DNA from: a virus
Lineage: Duplodnaviria; Caudoviricetes
Virus record (IMG/VR): IMGVR_UViG_3300020202_000177
Location: 1 to 33,229 of that record
Strand: one strand, 5' to 3'
DNA: 33,229 nucleotides
A program made the position numbers and the translations under genes. This document shows positions 1 through 7,436 of the stretch, one piece after another (position 1 is the stretch's first letter; each line of letters begins with the position of its first letter). The notes beneath the pieces are model-generated. The model made no database searches and was not told the origin of the DNA. It worked only from the letters and a program-made list of their open reading frames with translations.

Positions 1-1
1 C

Positions 2-691
2 CCTCTTTTAAAATTCGCCTCTAAATTCCAGCCGGATATTTTTATTCTTGGAGGTGATAACTTTTCAATGGACTGTATCAGTCATTGGAACGAAAAAGAA
101 TTTAGAAACAAAGGCTATAACAACGTCATCGACGAATTTAACGAACAATGCGAAAGATTCATCGAGCAGATTACTAAGTTCATGGACGCCGCGCCGGAGG
201 CAAAGTTTGTTTATCTTTGTGGTAATCACGAAGTTTGGCTAGACGATTTTACGTCCACTTATCCGCAGCTTCAAAAAGTCACGCTGCAAACCATTCTTCA
301 AAAAGCCAAAAGGCCGATTGAGTTAATTCAAAGAGGCGGCTTTTATACCGTAGGTAAATTGGTCTTTGCTCATGGAGATCAATTCGGGACTGCGAACCCT
401 GCAAAACAAGCGGTGGAGCGATGCGGAAAAACAGTCGTTTTCGGGCATCACCATACGGCGAAGATTTGGCCTAATTTTTCGATGGTCGATGAAGAGGAAA
501 AGCATCTAGGGATTCAAGTGCCTTGCTATACGACTTTAAGCCCTGAATATGGAAAGGGAAGGCCGAACGCCTGGCTTAATGGGTTTTTTACGGCTTGCGT
601 CAAAAGGGACTCAGGAAAGTTTTCGTCCTTTATACAATTTGTCTCTCCAAGAGGAAGCTTTATCAGTCAAGATGGAACTATCTACGAATAA
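2..691 (+). CDS. Calcineurin-like metallophosphoesterase, 5'-truncated
   Basis: Frame is open from base 2 (PLLKFASKFQPDIFILGGDNFSMD...). Motifs GGD-x4-D, LCGNHE, FAHGD and VFGHHH of the metallophosphoesterase superfamily. Confidence 0.85.
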   Translation, partial: PLLKFASKFQPDIFILGGDNFSMDCISHWNEKEFRNKGYNNVIDEFNEQCERFIEQITKFMDAAPEAKFVYLCGNHEVWLDDFTSTYPQLQKVTLQTILQKAKRPIELIQRGGFYTVGKLVFAHGDQFGTANPAKQAVERCGKTVVFGHHHTAKIWPNFSMVDEEEKHLGIQVPCYTTLSPEYGKGRPNAWLNGFFTACVKRDSGKFSSFIQFVSPRGSFISQDGTIYE

Positions 692-885
692 TTCAAAAAT
701 CTTCTATTCTTAGTCTCTTATCTAATATACTCTGTACTTTCCTATATCAAACCTCGTCCCCACAAAAATAAGGTTTACCTTTTCTAGGGTGTGAAATAGA
801 ATCACGCGCCGTTTTTAGCCTAGGGAGCGAAAAAAACGATGAATTAACGGGCACAAAAAACTTTTTTAATGTTTAAATTTGTGTC

Positions 886-1800
886 GTGGAGACACCTTTG
901 ATTAGTAAGGATCTGGAACCAATTTTTGAGAAATTCGCTCACTTTCTCATATATCAACGTAATTTGAAGCCGACGTCGGCAACCTCATATCTTAGAGAAA
1001 TTGAAAAACTGCAAGACTTTATAAAAGTCGATGTAAGGCAAATAAAAAACTACGCAGAATTTTCTGAGCTTCTTATTAAGTATAGGGTAGAGCAAGAGCT
1101 TTCAGACCGATCGATATACAAAGTAGCATCGATGGTGAAAGTCTATTTCGATTTTCTGGCCATGCACGAATATGTCAACTCACCTCATTTCCTTTCTATG
1201 GGGCATGGCTTTAAAAAGGGGAAAGGCGAAGAACCGCAGTTTTTTGACAGGGACGAAGATAAATCGGTTATCGATAAAATTCTTTGGAATCCTTATATAA
1301 CCCTGCGCGACCGCTGTATCTTGTTTCTTCTTTACTCAACAGGCCTTCGACGTTCGGAGCTTTGCGGCCTCAACCTCAGTGACATTGATACAGAAAAGAG
1401 GTGGGTACACGTTAGAAAGACGGTCGGCAAGGGTGACAAATGGCGCTATGTGCCCTATGACGAAATAACGTCCATGTGGCTTTCATTATATATAACAAGT
1501 CTCCATAAATTTAACCAGATAGGCAAAAGCGACCATCCATTATTTTTGACCGTTAAAGGCGACAGGATGACGCCTCAAGGCGTCTGGAAGCTCCTGAACA
1601 ATATGGGCCGCTCCTTGGGCGTCAAAATGAACCCGCACAAATGGAGGCATTCTTTAGCCTCTTTTTTGACCCAAAAGGAGGACATATCCTATGCCGCCGA
1701 GGTTATGGGGCATGACGATATCCAGACTACTAAGCAATACGTCCATTTTAAGCCTGCCACAGTAAAAAAAATCTACGATAGACTAACCGCATCAAGCTAG
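886..1800 (+). CDS. int: Tyrosine recombinase / phage integrase (XerC/D-like)
   Basis: N-terminal SAM-like domain. Catalytic residues TGLRRSEL (R), GKGDKWR (K), HKWRH (HxxR), MGH and TTKQY (Y). A tRNA-derived att-like site lies about 470 bp downstream. Confidence 0.93.
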   Translation: METPLISKDLEPIFEKFAHFLIYQRNLKPTSATSYLREIEKLQDFIKVDVRQIKNYAEFSELLIKYRVEQELSDRSIYKVASMVKVYFDFLAMHEYVNSPHFLSMGHGFKKGKGEEPQFFDRDEDKSVIDKILWNPYITLRDRCILFLLYSTGLRRSELCGLNLSDIDTEKRWVHVRKTVGKGDKWRYVPYDEITSMWLSLYITSLHKFNQIGKSDHPLFLTVKGDRMTPQGVWKLLNNMGRSLGVKMNPHKWRHSLASFLTQKEDISYAAEVMGHDDIQTTKQYVHFKPATVKKIYDRLTASS

Positions 1801-1853
1801 AACGCCCGTCAAATAAGGAAAAATAGGCCCCTAAAAAAAGTTAAAGAAAGGGG

Positions 1854-1888
1854 TTGCATATTCCGATACAGATGATACACTAGTATCA
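1854..1888 (+). promoter_or_regulatory. Sigma70-type promoter overlapped by a palindromic operator
   Basis: TTGCAT (1854-1859), 16 bp spacer, extended -10 TGnTACACT (1873-1881). Inverted repeat TGATAC-acta-GTATCA (1873-1888) with an extra GATACA at 1865-1870, directly upstream of an RHH gene. Confidence 0.7.
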
Positions 1889-1906
1889 AATCTTGAAAGG
1901 TAGCAA

Positions 1907-2044
1907 ATGGAAGAATTGACGATAGTGAGAGTGGAAAAGCAGTTAGTGAAAAAGATCAAAGTAGCAGCGGCAAAGTCTGAAAAAACAATGCAGGAATGGG
2001 TTAAGCAAGCGTTAACTCAAGCGTTAAAAAATAACTTGAAGTAG
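1907..2044 (+). CDS. 45-aa ribbon-helix-helix DNA-binding protein (Arc/CopG/ParG-like)
   Basis: Manually translated: MEELTIVRVEKQLVKKIKVAAAKSEKTMQEWVKQALTQALKNNLK. Alternating beta strand followed by two helices; GAAAGG RBS. Not in the ORF track. Confidence 0.75.
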   Translation: MEELTIVRVEKQLVKKIKVAAAKSEKTMQEWVKQALTQALKNNLK

Positions 2045-2076
2045 TTTCAAATTTGGAGATAATTAGGTACTAAATC

Positions 2077-2207
2077 ATGGTCAAACTCGTTGCATTACCG
2101 AAATCTGAAGAACAGTCCGAAACCTTATTTCATTCCACGGGTACGGAGTTACTTCCTAGTTCTTCAGACACGATAACGAGTCGTGACCATAGCTCCGTAC
2201 CCTTTTT
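2077..2207 (+). ncRNA. Putative structured RNA (long interrupted stem plus competing or pseudoknot helix)
   Basis: Pairings 2077-2083/2184-2190, 2085-2092/2174-2181 and 2104-2113/2159-2168 (10/10). Crossing helix 2139-2151/2190-2202 (13 bp, one G-U) followed by T5. Confidence 0.55.
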
Positions 2208-2268
2208 ATCTCCTATGGGGTTCTTTCAGTTTAAAAATTTTGGTTCTTACTCCTTAGAAGAAGCTTCC

Positions 2269-2295
2269 TCCTAGGTTCAAATCCTAGCAGGCCCA
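2269..2295 (+). other. attP-like core: 3' half of a tRNA (T-arm, acceptor 3' strand, discriminator)
   Basis: CTAGG-TTCAAAT-CCTAG is a canonical T-arm, followed by CAGGCCC-A. No matching GGGCCTG 5' strand or D/anticodon arms upstream; close to an integrase. Confidence 0.75.
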
Positions 2296-2313
2296 AAATT
2301 TAAAATCTGATTG

Positions 2314-2357
2314 AACCCCAAAATGGTTAGAAATAACCGTTCTGGGGTTTTTGTTTT
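2314..2357 (+). terminator. Intrinsic terminator downstream of the tRNA fragment
   Basis: AACCCCA-a-AATGGTTA-GAAA-TAACCGTT-c-TGGGGTT hairpin with GAAA tetraloop, followed by TTTGTTTT. Confidence 0.7.
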
Positions 2358-2405
2358 CCCGCCTCAGTCGGTTCTTTCTAGCCCCAAATTAAGGGGGATA
2401 GATAA

Positions 2406-2957
2406 ATGAAATGGAAAGAACCGATGCAAGAAGTTGTAAAGACTACGAAAATCTCGATAAAGAAACCTCAATCAGAAACGAATACGTCTACTTCCTTATG
2501 CAAGGAATTAGGCGTCACGACCTCGAAGCGACAAGCCAATATCTTCAAAATCTTGTTCGAAATAGCACCTATGCTAGTGATGATTTTTTCGATATTGAAT
2601 TGTTTCTCACCCAATACGCTTCATGCCGAGATTACAACCGATCAGGCCATTCAAGCAATTATTGGCGAAGCCGCCGGAGAAAGCTTCAAGGGCAAGATAG
2701 CTTTAGCGGAAGCACTCCGAAACCGGGCCTCACTTTCGGGGGTATATGGCTACCAGAGAAAGCATTTCATCCAGAAGCAGATGCCGTTTGTGGGTGAGGA
2801 AGCGCGCAAAGCGTGGCAAGCCTCGAAATATACCAACCTCGTTAAAGGTGCAGACCATTGGGAATCCATCGATTTTAAAACTCCCGATTGGGCCAAGGAC
2901 ATGAAAGAAACCGCGCGAATTGGAAAGCACCGGTTTTTTAAGAAGGTGCAAGCATGA
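2406..2957 (+). CDS. Cell wall hydrolase, SleB/Hydrolase_2-type lytic transglycosylase with signal/TM segment
   Basis: IIGEAAGESFKGKIALAEALRNR, GADHW, PDWAKDM and IGKHRFFK match the SleB pattern (EARGE...V.NR...GA..Y...P.W...IG.H.F). Hydrophobic stretch ends in LHA|E. True start uncertain (2406 or 2571). Confidence 0.8.
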   Translation: MKWKEPMQEVVKTTKISIKKPQSETNTSTSLCKELGVTTSKRQANIFKILFEIAPMLVMIFSILNCFSPNTLHAEITTDQAIQAIIGEAAGESFKGKIALAEALRNRASLSGVYGYQRKHFIQKQMPFVGEEARKAWQASKYTNLVKGADHWESIDFKTPDWAKDMKETARIGKHRFFKKVQA

Positions 2958-3217
2958 ATCCTCAAATCGGCCAAAAGGTAAAAGCATCTTTCGTGATTGA
3001 AATTGATTCTGTCAGAAAATGCTCGATGAAAGACGGTGAAATTGAGGTTACTGGATGGATTAAAGACGAAAAGGGAACTTGTCTTAGTTTGGTTTCTCTC
3101 CCGTTTTCGGTCTGCGAAATTCAGCCTCAACCATTCCCAGTACTTCAAGATGATTGCAACCATGTAAAGCCTTGCTCGATTTGCGAAGCCTTAGAGCGTG
3201 ATCGGCGGTCAAAATGA
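2954..3217 (+). CDS. Hypothetical phage protein
   Basis: ATGA overlap with the previous gene; C-terminal C-x-H...CxxC. Confidence 0.65.
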   Translation: MNPQIGQKVKASFVIEIDSVRKCSMKDGEIEVTGWIKDEKGTCLSLVSLPFSVCEIQPQPFPVLQDDCNHVKPCSICEALERDRRSK

Positions 3218-3489
3218 ATAACCGTCCCGACATTGGCGACCGAGTGCGCGTGATTGAAGAAGGCCGTTTATTCGGTATGGTAGGTCGTGTCGAAGGCTCA
3301 ACGAATACCGGACTCTGGAACATTCGACTAGACGGCTATTACATGCCGCTGCCCATGCACCATTCCGAGTTTGAAATCATTCAAACGGTTAAAGACAGAA
3401 TTAAATCTTTAATGCCTGTAGACGGCTTGACGCCTCAACAAATTTTAGACGCCTACGACTACCACAAATGGAGAGGGCAAATCGCATGA
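3214..3489 (+). CDS. KOW/SH3-like domain protein
   Basis: IGDRVRVIEEGRLFGMVGRVEG matches a KOW motif; translationally coupled. Confidence 0.6.
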   Translation: MNNRPDIGDRVRVIEEGRLFGMVGRVEGSTNTGLWNIRLDGYYMPLPMHHSEFEIIQTVKDRIKSLMPVDGLTPQQILDAYDYHKWRGQIA

Positions 3490-3623
3490 GAGGATTAATT
3501 TGTCAGAACTGCCACATTGAGGTTTCAACGGTTCGTTTTGAAGAAAAGTTAGACGGAGAAATTATCGGCTTATGTTTCGAATGTTGGAAAGGGTGTCAGC
3601 ATGTTTTACGAGTGGATGAATAA
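3486..3623 (+). CDS. 45-aa zinc-finger mini-protein
   Basis: Manual translation MRGLICQNCH...LCFECWKGCQHVLRVDE; ATGA overlap; GGAG RBS. Confidence 0.6.
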   Translation: MRGLICQNCHIEVSTVRFEEKLDGEIIGLCFECWKGCQHVLRVDE

Positions 3624-3723
3624 AGCGGACATGTTTTTTGATGAACATTCGCCGGCGATTTTCTTACTCCTAACCTTTTTTTTGATGCTTCTTCTAATAA
3701 AGGTGGTTTGCAATGAACGATGA
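3601..3723 (+). CDS. Small membrane protein (40 aa)
   Basis: MFYEWMNKADMFFDEHSPAIFLLLTFFLMLLLIKVVCNER; fills the gap between neighbours; single TM segment. Confidence 0.45.
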   Translation: MFYEWMNKADMFFDEHSPAIFLLLTFFLMLLLIKVVCNER

Positions 3724-3910
3724 CGAAAAGCTTGAGGCTATTACTAATGAGGTAATGCGGTTGCTTATAAAGCATTCTTTCAGCGACGTTTCCATGTACG
3801 CTGACCTTGCTAAAAGAATCGCTACCTTAATTGATGCAGAAATTAAATTTGCCACGAAGAACGAATTAAACAGAGAGCTTATGCAGTTTTGGGGCGCGGG
3901 GCTTAACTGA
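3713..3910 (+). CDS. Hypothetical phage protein
   Basis: AAGGTGG RBS; operon continuity. Confidence 0.65.
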   Translation: MNDDEKLEAITNEVMRLLIKHSFSDVSMYADLAKRIATLIDAEIKFATKNELNRELMQFWGAGLN

Positions 3911-4014
3911 TGGGCCGCTGCATTTATTGTTGTGCCAAAACCGAAAAACAGATTTGTGATGAATGCGAACAGGTTTTTGGAAGTGAAAAGGAGGAATATT
4001 TTTATGACAAATGA
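3910..4014 (+). CDS. 34-aa CxxC mini-protein
   Basis: TGATG coupling; MGRCIYCCAKTEKQICDECEQVFGSEKEEYFYDK. Confidence 0.5.
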   Translation: MGRCIYCCAKTEKQICDECEQVFGSEKEEYFYDK

Positions 4015-4540
4015 AGTGATTTTAACACCTGAGATTGAAAATAAATTGTCGCAAGAAGAAAAAAGCCTTCTAAGGTCGGAAGGTTTTCAAATTACCCGAG
4101 AAATTGAAAATTTAAAGGTAAAGAACCGAGAGCAATACGAGAAGGCGTGTGAAATTGGAATCGCAAACTGCAACGCTCTTAAAAAACTAGAAGAGTTATA
4201 CAAGGCACTTGTTAAGCCTTTAGACCTTGAAAAGAAGCGTTTAAAAACCGTTTTCGACAAAGCAAAAGAAATCTTTGAAGCTAACGACGAAAAGATCAGA
4301 AAAGCTTTAGAAGGCTATCAACACAAAGTCGAAACGGACAATATTAAGACCATCCATACCGATCTTGGTCGTGCCACGATTCAAGAAAGAAAAGACTGGG
4401 AAATAGAAGATATCAATTTAATTCCAAAAGAATATTTCAAGTTGGATGAAGCAAGGATAGGCCAAATCATTCGCGCCGGTGGAACTGTACCCGGTGTGAA
4501 AGTGAAGACGGTGTTCAGCACCGCCTTTGTAGCTGCATAG
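4004..4540 (+). CDS. Coiled-coil recombination-module protein (Gp157/Gam-like)
   Basis: AGGAGG RBS before ATG 4004. Long coiled coil then WEIEDINLIPKEYFKLDEARI...VPGVKV, typical of proteins preceding SSAP genes. Confidence 0.6.
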   Translation: MTNEVILTPEIENKLSQEEKSLLRSEGFQITREIENLKVKNREQYEKACEIGIANCNALKKLEELYKALVKPLDLEKKRLKTVFDKAKEIFEANDEKIRKALEGYQHKVETDNIKTIHTDLGRATIQERKDWEIEDINLIPKEYFKLDEARIGQIIRAGGTVPGVKVKTVFSTAFVAA

Positions 4541-4544
4541 ATTT

Positions 4545-4623
4545 TACCGAGGAGTCCACGAACACCTTTTTCGGCGGGGCGTGGTAGGGGCAAACGTCGA
4601 TTAATCTAGTCCCGACCTCGGTA
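4545..4623 (+). other. Closed intergenic RNA stem (branched hairpin)
   Basis: TACCGAGG (4545-4552)/CCTCGGTA (4616-4623) perfect, enclosing CCACG/CGTGG. Confidence 0.4.
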
Positions 4624-4638
4624 TTTAAAAAGGGGGAA

Positions 4639-5442
4639 GTGATGGAAAACGCAATTCAGAAACAGGAACCAGAAACAGAAATACAGGTTATCGATCAAAC
4701 AATAACGCAAATCAGAAAACCCGAAGAAATTCTTTCGGATGCAAAAGAAGCAGCAAAGGCTTTGCAGCGTGTCATTAGTGGTAAGAGAAAACCCGTCGTT
4801 TTTAACGGGGAACAATACCTTGAATTTGAGGATTGGCAAACCGTAGGACGTTTTTACGGCTTAGCTGCCAAAGTTACAAACTCAAGGTTTATTGAATTCG
4901 GAGATGTTAAGGGGTGGGAGTCTCATGCGGTTGTGATTAATACCAATACCGGATTAGAAATTTCCGCAGCGGACGCAATGTGTCTTTCGGATGAACCGAA
5001 TTGGAGTCGCAAGCCTCTTTTTCAGTTGCGGTCAATGGCTCAAACAAGGGCGTGTGCCAAGTCTTTAAGAAACGTCTTGGCTTGGGTTGTGGTCTTGGCT
5101 GGTTACAAGCCGACCCCTGCCGAAGAAATGCAAGGCGTTTTAGAGGCTCCTAAATCGGTTTACGAAAAGATGAAATCAGAAGAAATGACCGTTGAACCCG
5201 TCCCTCAAGCCAAGCCAAAAGGAGAGACGAAACCGCAAAATATTTCGGCAGAAAAACTCGGTGAATACGTGATGCCTACCGGAAAGTATCAAGGCATTCG
5301 CTTAAAAGACATTCTCCAAAAAGAAACGGCTACAGGAAAAAAACAGGGCCTTGAATATTTGATTTGGGTTTCTGAAAACTTCAATAGTCCTGAAATTAAA
5401 TCAACCGTTTCAAGATATTTAGAAGTAATGGAGTTAGCTTGA
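4639..5442 (+). CDS. Putative single-strand annealing protein (SSAP) with C-terminal DUF3820-like motif
   Basis: SMAQTRACAKSLR...TPAEEM resembles the SSAP core end. C-terminal MPTGKYQG..L.D...YLIW motif; lies between the Gp157-like gene and the initiator. Confidence 0.6.
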   Translation: MMENAIQKQEPETEIQVIDQTITQIRKPEEILSDAKEAAKALQRVISGKRKPVVFNGEQYLEFEDWQTVGRFYGLAAKVTNSRFIEFGDVKGWESHAVVINTNTGLEISAADAMCLSDEPNWSRKPLFQLRSMAQTRACAKSLRNVLAWVVVLAGYKPTPAEEMQGVLEAPKSVYEKMKSEEMTVEPVPQAKPKGETKPQNISAEKLGEYVMPTGKYQGIRLKDILQKETATGKKQGLEYLIWVSENFNSPEIKSTVSRYLEVMELA

Positions 5443-5753
5443 GTCCGCAAGACAAGATTTTAGAGCTAGTCGAGTGTGCCGCTGGTGGAGAGATTGACTA
5501 CCAGCGACACGCTACGGCAATCGTCGATTTTGCTAGAAGGCTCGATTTTAATGCGCCCGATGAAGTGCCTTTTTCCGAATGGGAATTAGTCTTTATTGAT
5601 TTTTTATTTAAAAAATATTGTGACGGCGAAGAGTTTCTTTCTTGGGAAGATTTTTTAGAAGAGCAGGACATATACGACGATTGGCAAAAACACAAAGAGT
5701 CAATGGTTGCCTTTAATGAGAAATACGGCCTTAATTCTTTTAACGACGAATAG
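5439..5753 (+). CDS. Hypothetical acidic phage protein
   Basis: TTGA overlap, GGAG RBS. Confidence 0.65.
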   Translation: MSPQDKILELVECAAGGEIDYQRHATAIVDFARRLDFNAPDEVPFSEWELVFIDFLFKKYCDGEEFLSWEDFLEEQDIYDDWQKHKESMVAFNEKYGLNSFNDE

Positions 5754-5805
5754 GAAAGTTTTTTTCTAAAAAACATGTCCGAGACAAACAAGGAAAGGGC
5801 GGTTA

Positions 5806-6582
5806 ATGAGTGAAGCTGGATTTGTTAAGCTTTGGCGAAAACTGGCCCTATCCTCTGTATTTCAAGACCCCGCAGCCTTTCATATTTTTATTTACTTCCT
5901 ACTTAAAGCTCAATGGGACTCCGAAACTGGAAAGAAAATTTTTATCAACGGAAAAGAACACATTATGAAAGCCGGTCAGCTTACAACCGGACGGTATCAA
6001 ATATCAGAAGCGACTAGCTGGCCTGGTTCTACAGTTAGAAACGCTTTGGAGCGACTGAGAAGTAAATATCAAATTTTGGACATCGAAGCGGACAACAAAA
6101 AAAGCCTCATAACTATATTAAACTGGGATAGTTACCAAGGATCAGAAACGTCAACAGGACAGCTTGCAGGACAACGGGAGGACATCAACAGGACAACAAG
6201 TGGACACTATATAAAGAATTTAAGAATTAAAGAATTAAAGAATAATAAAAATATTATTACTACCGAAACAAAAAAAGAATTTTTAGAAGAGCTTAAAAAA
6301 ACCGGAGTTTATAACGGCTTAAACCTCGAACAAGAGGTAAATCGTGCAGAGATTTGGCTGAAAGTTAATAAGCCAACACGCCACGTTACAAAGCGTTATT
6401 TAATCTACTGGCTTAACAAGTGCCTCGAAAAACTCCAAGAAATCAAAGCTCTACCTCAAGCGCGGAAACCCGATCAAGGCCCTACACAAAACGACGTCGA
6501 AAACTGGAAAAAAAATGCTGCGCCTCCACCCGCTGAACTAGGCCAGCTAATCAGCAAACTTGCAGAAGGGAAATCCCTATGA
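5806..6582 (+). CDS. Phage replication initiator / replisome organizer
   Basis: N-terminal GFVKLWRKL...LLKA...GQLTTGR...VRNALERL...LITILNWDSYQ winged-helix pattern of lambdoid/SPP1-type initiators; iterons in the linker. Confidence 0.8.
   Translation: MSEAGFVKLWRKLALSSVFQDPAAFHIFIYFLLKAQWDSETGKKIFINGKEHIMKAGQLTTGRYQISEATSWPGSTVRNALERLRSKYQILDIEADNKKSLITILNWDSYQGSETSTGQLAGQREDINRTTSGHYIKNLRIKELKNNKNIITTETKKEFLEELKKTGVYNGLNLEQEVNRAEIWLKVNKPTRHVTKRYLIYWLNKCLEKLQEIKALPQARKPDQGPTQNDVENWKKNAAPPPAELGQLISKLAEGKSL
6157..6258 (+). repeat. Replication origin: GGACA iterons plus AT-rich unwinding element within the initiator gene
   Basis: GGACA at 6157, 6169, 6180, 6191 and 6202 (11-12 bp period; two more at 6078 and 6090), followed by tandem AAGAATT repeats and an AT-rich run. 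Confidence 0.75.
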
Positions 6583-6713
6583 CTCACCAATGCGCTGAAT
6601 GCGGAAGAAGTAAGTTTGACCGAGAGGGCCGCTGCGAATACTGCGGAACCTTGGATTTAGACCTTAACGACGCCTACAACGACGCAGAGCGAAAGAGGAT
6701 TTTTGGCAAATGA
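6579..6713 (+). CDS. 44-aa zinc-ribbon protein
   Basis: MTHQCAECGRSKFDREGRCEYCGTLD...; ATGA overlaps at both ends. Confidence 0.65.
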   Translation: MTHQCAECGRSKFDREGRCEYCGTLDLDLNDAYNDAERKRIFGK

Positions 6714-7126
6714 TTAAACGCAAAAAACGGAAGAAAAAATCTCTTTTGAAGCAGTACAAAACAACCGCAGAAAACCTCTGGAAAGAGGTGTGTAAATTAC
6801 GAGACAGAAACAAATGCGTGATTTGCACCTCAACCAGTGTTTTGCAAGTCGATCACTGTTTCAGCCGCAAAACCTCAGAACTCTTTTTTGACGTTCGCAA
6901 CGGCACGACTTTATGCCGGGAGTGTCACTGTAAGAAAAGCTTTAAGACTTCTGGTTATGATCGCTTAGTCGACCGGATTGTAAAACAACGTGAAGGCGCG
7001 GAATGGTTTTTAGCAGCCGAAGAAGTCTGTTTAAAACTAGAGCCTTTCGTTTGGGATGTAGTCACTTTAGAGCAAATTATTATTAAGTTAAAAGAGCAAC
7101 GCGCAGCTTATTTAGGTGCAAATTGA
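6710..7126 (+). CDS. NinG/Rap-like HNH endonuclease
   Basis: LRD...CVIC...QVDHCFSR...FDVRNGTTLCRECH pattern. Confidence 0.8.
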   Translation: MIKRKKRKKKSLLKQYKTTAENLWKEVCKLRDRNKCVICTSTSVLQVDHCFSRKTSELFFDVRNGTTLCRECHCKKSFKTSGYDRLVDRIVKQREGAEWFLAAEEVCLKLEPFVWDVVTLEQIIIKLKEQRAAYLGAN

Positions 7127-7275
7127 GAAAGTTTGATTATTACGTGAAAACGGTTTCTTTTTTCTACGAATTAGATTCTGTTTTAAGAGACATACAAGAC
7201 GAAATCGGTAACGAAGTTTTAGGTATTGATCGATTCAATGATGTTTATTTAGTGATTTACCGGAGAAGCCGTTGA
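7123..7275 (+). CDS. Hypothetical protein (50 aa)
   Basis: TTG start overlapping the previous stop; AGGTG RBS; coupled to the next ORF. Confidence 0.5.
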   Translation: MRKFDYYVKTVSFFYELDSVLRDIQDEIGNEVLGIDRFNDVYLVIYRRSR

Positions 7276-7436
7276 AATTCGACCAATCTAAAAAATCGTT
7301 AGGAAATCCCGAGATACAAAAACCAGAATCTTGTGTCTTTGGACACATTTTAAACCGTACCGGCTGGCATGTCGCGGATAACAAATTATTTTGTAATCTT
7401 TGTCACCAAGTAGTTATTGAGTTGATCGGAAGATGA
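7272..7436 (+). CDS. Hypothetical protein (54 aa, C-x3-H...CxxC)
   Basis: TTGA/ATGA coupling on both sides; GGAG RBS. Confidence 0.5.
   Translation: MKFDQSKKSLGNPEIQKPESCVFGHILNRTGWHVADNKLFCNLCHQVVIELIGR

Noticed and set aside
850-886. Leaderless promoter for the integrase (GGCACA...TAAATT)
   Set aside because: Poor -35 match and 18-bp spacing; plausible given the missing RBS but not supportable from sequence alone.
2077-2274. 65-aa ORF from the track
   Set aside because: Ser-rich, no recognisable motif, weak RBS, and coincides with strong RNA pairing; a leader-peptide role cannot be fully excluded.
2215-2298. Complete tRNA gene
   Set aside because: Only the T-arm and 3' acceptor strand are present; there is no complementary 5' strand, D-arm or anticodon arm, so it is treated as an att core.
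6157-6258. CRISPR array or minisatellite
   Set aside because: Repeat units are 5-7 bp with about 6-bp spacers inside a coding region, which fits iterons. No CRISPR array or cas gene was seen in the window.
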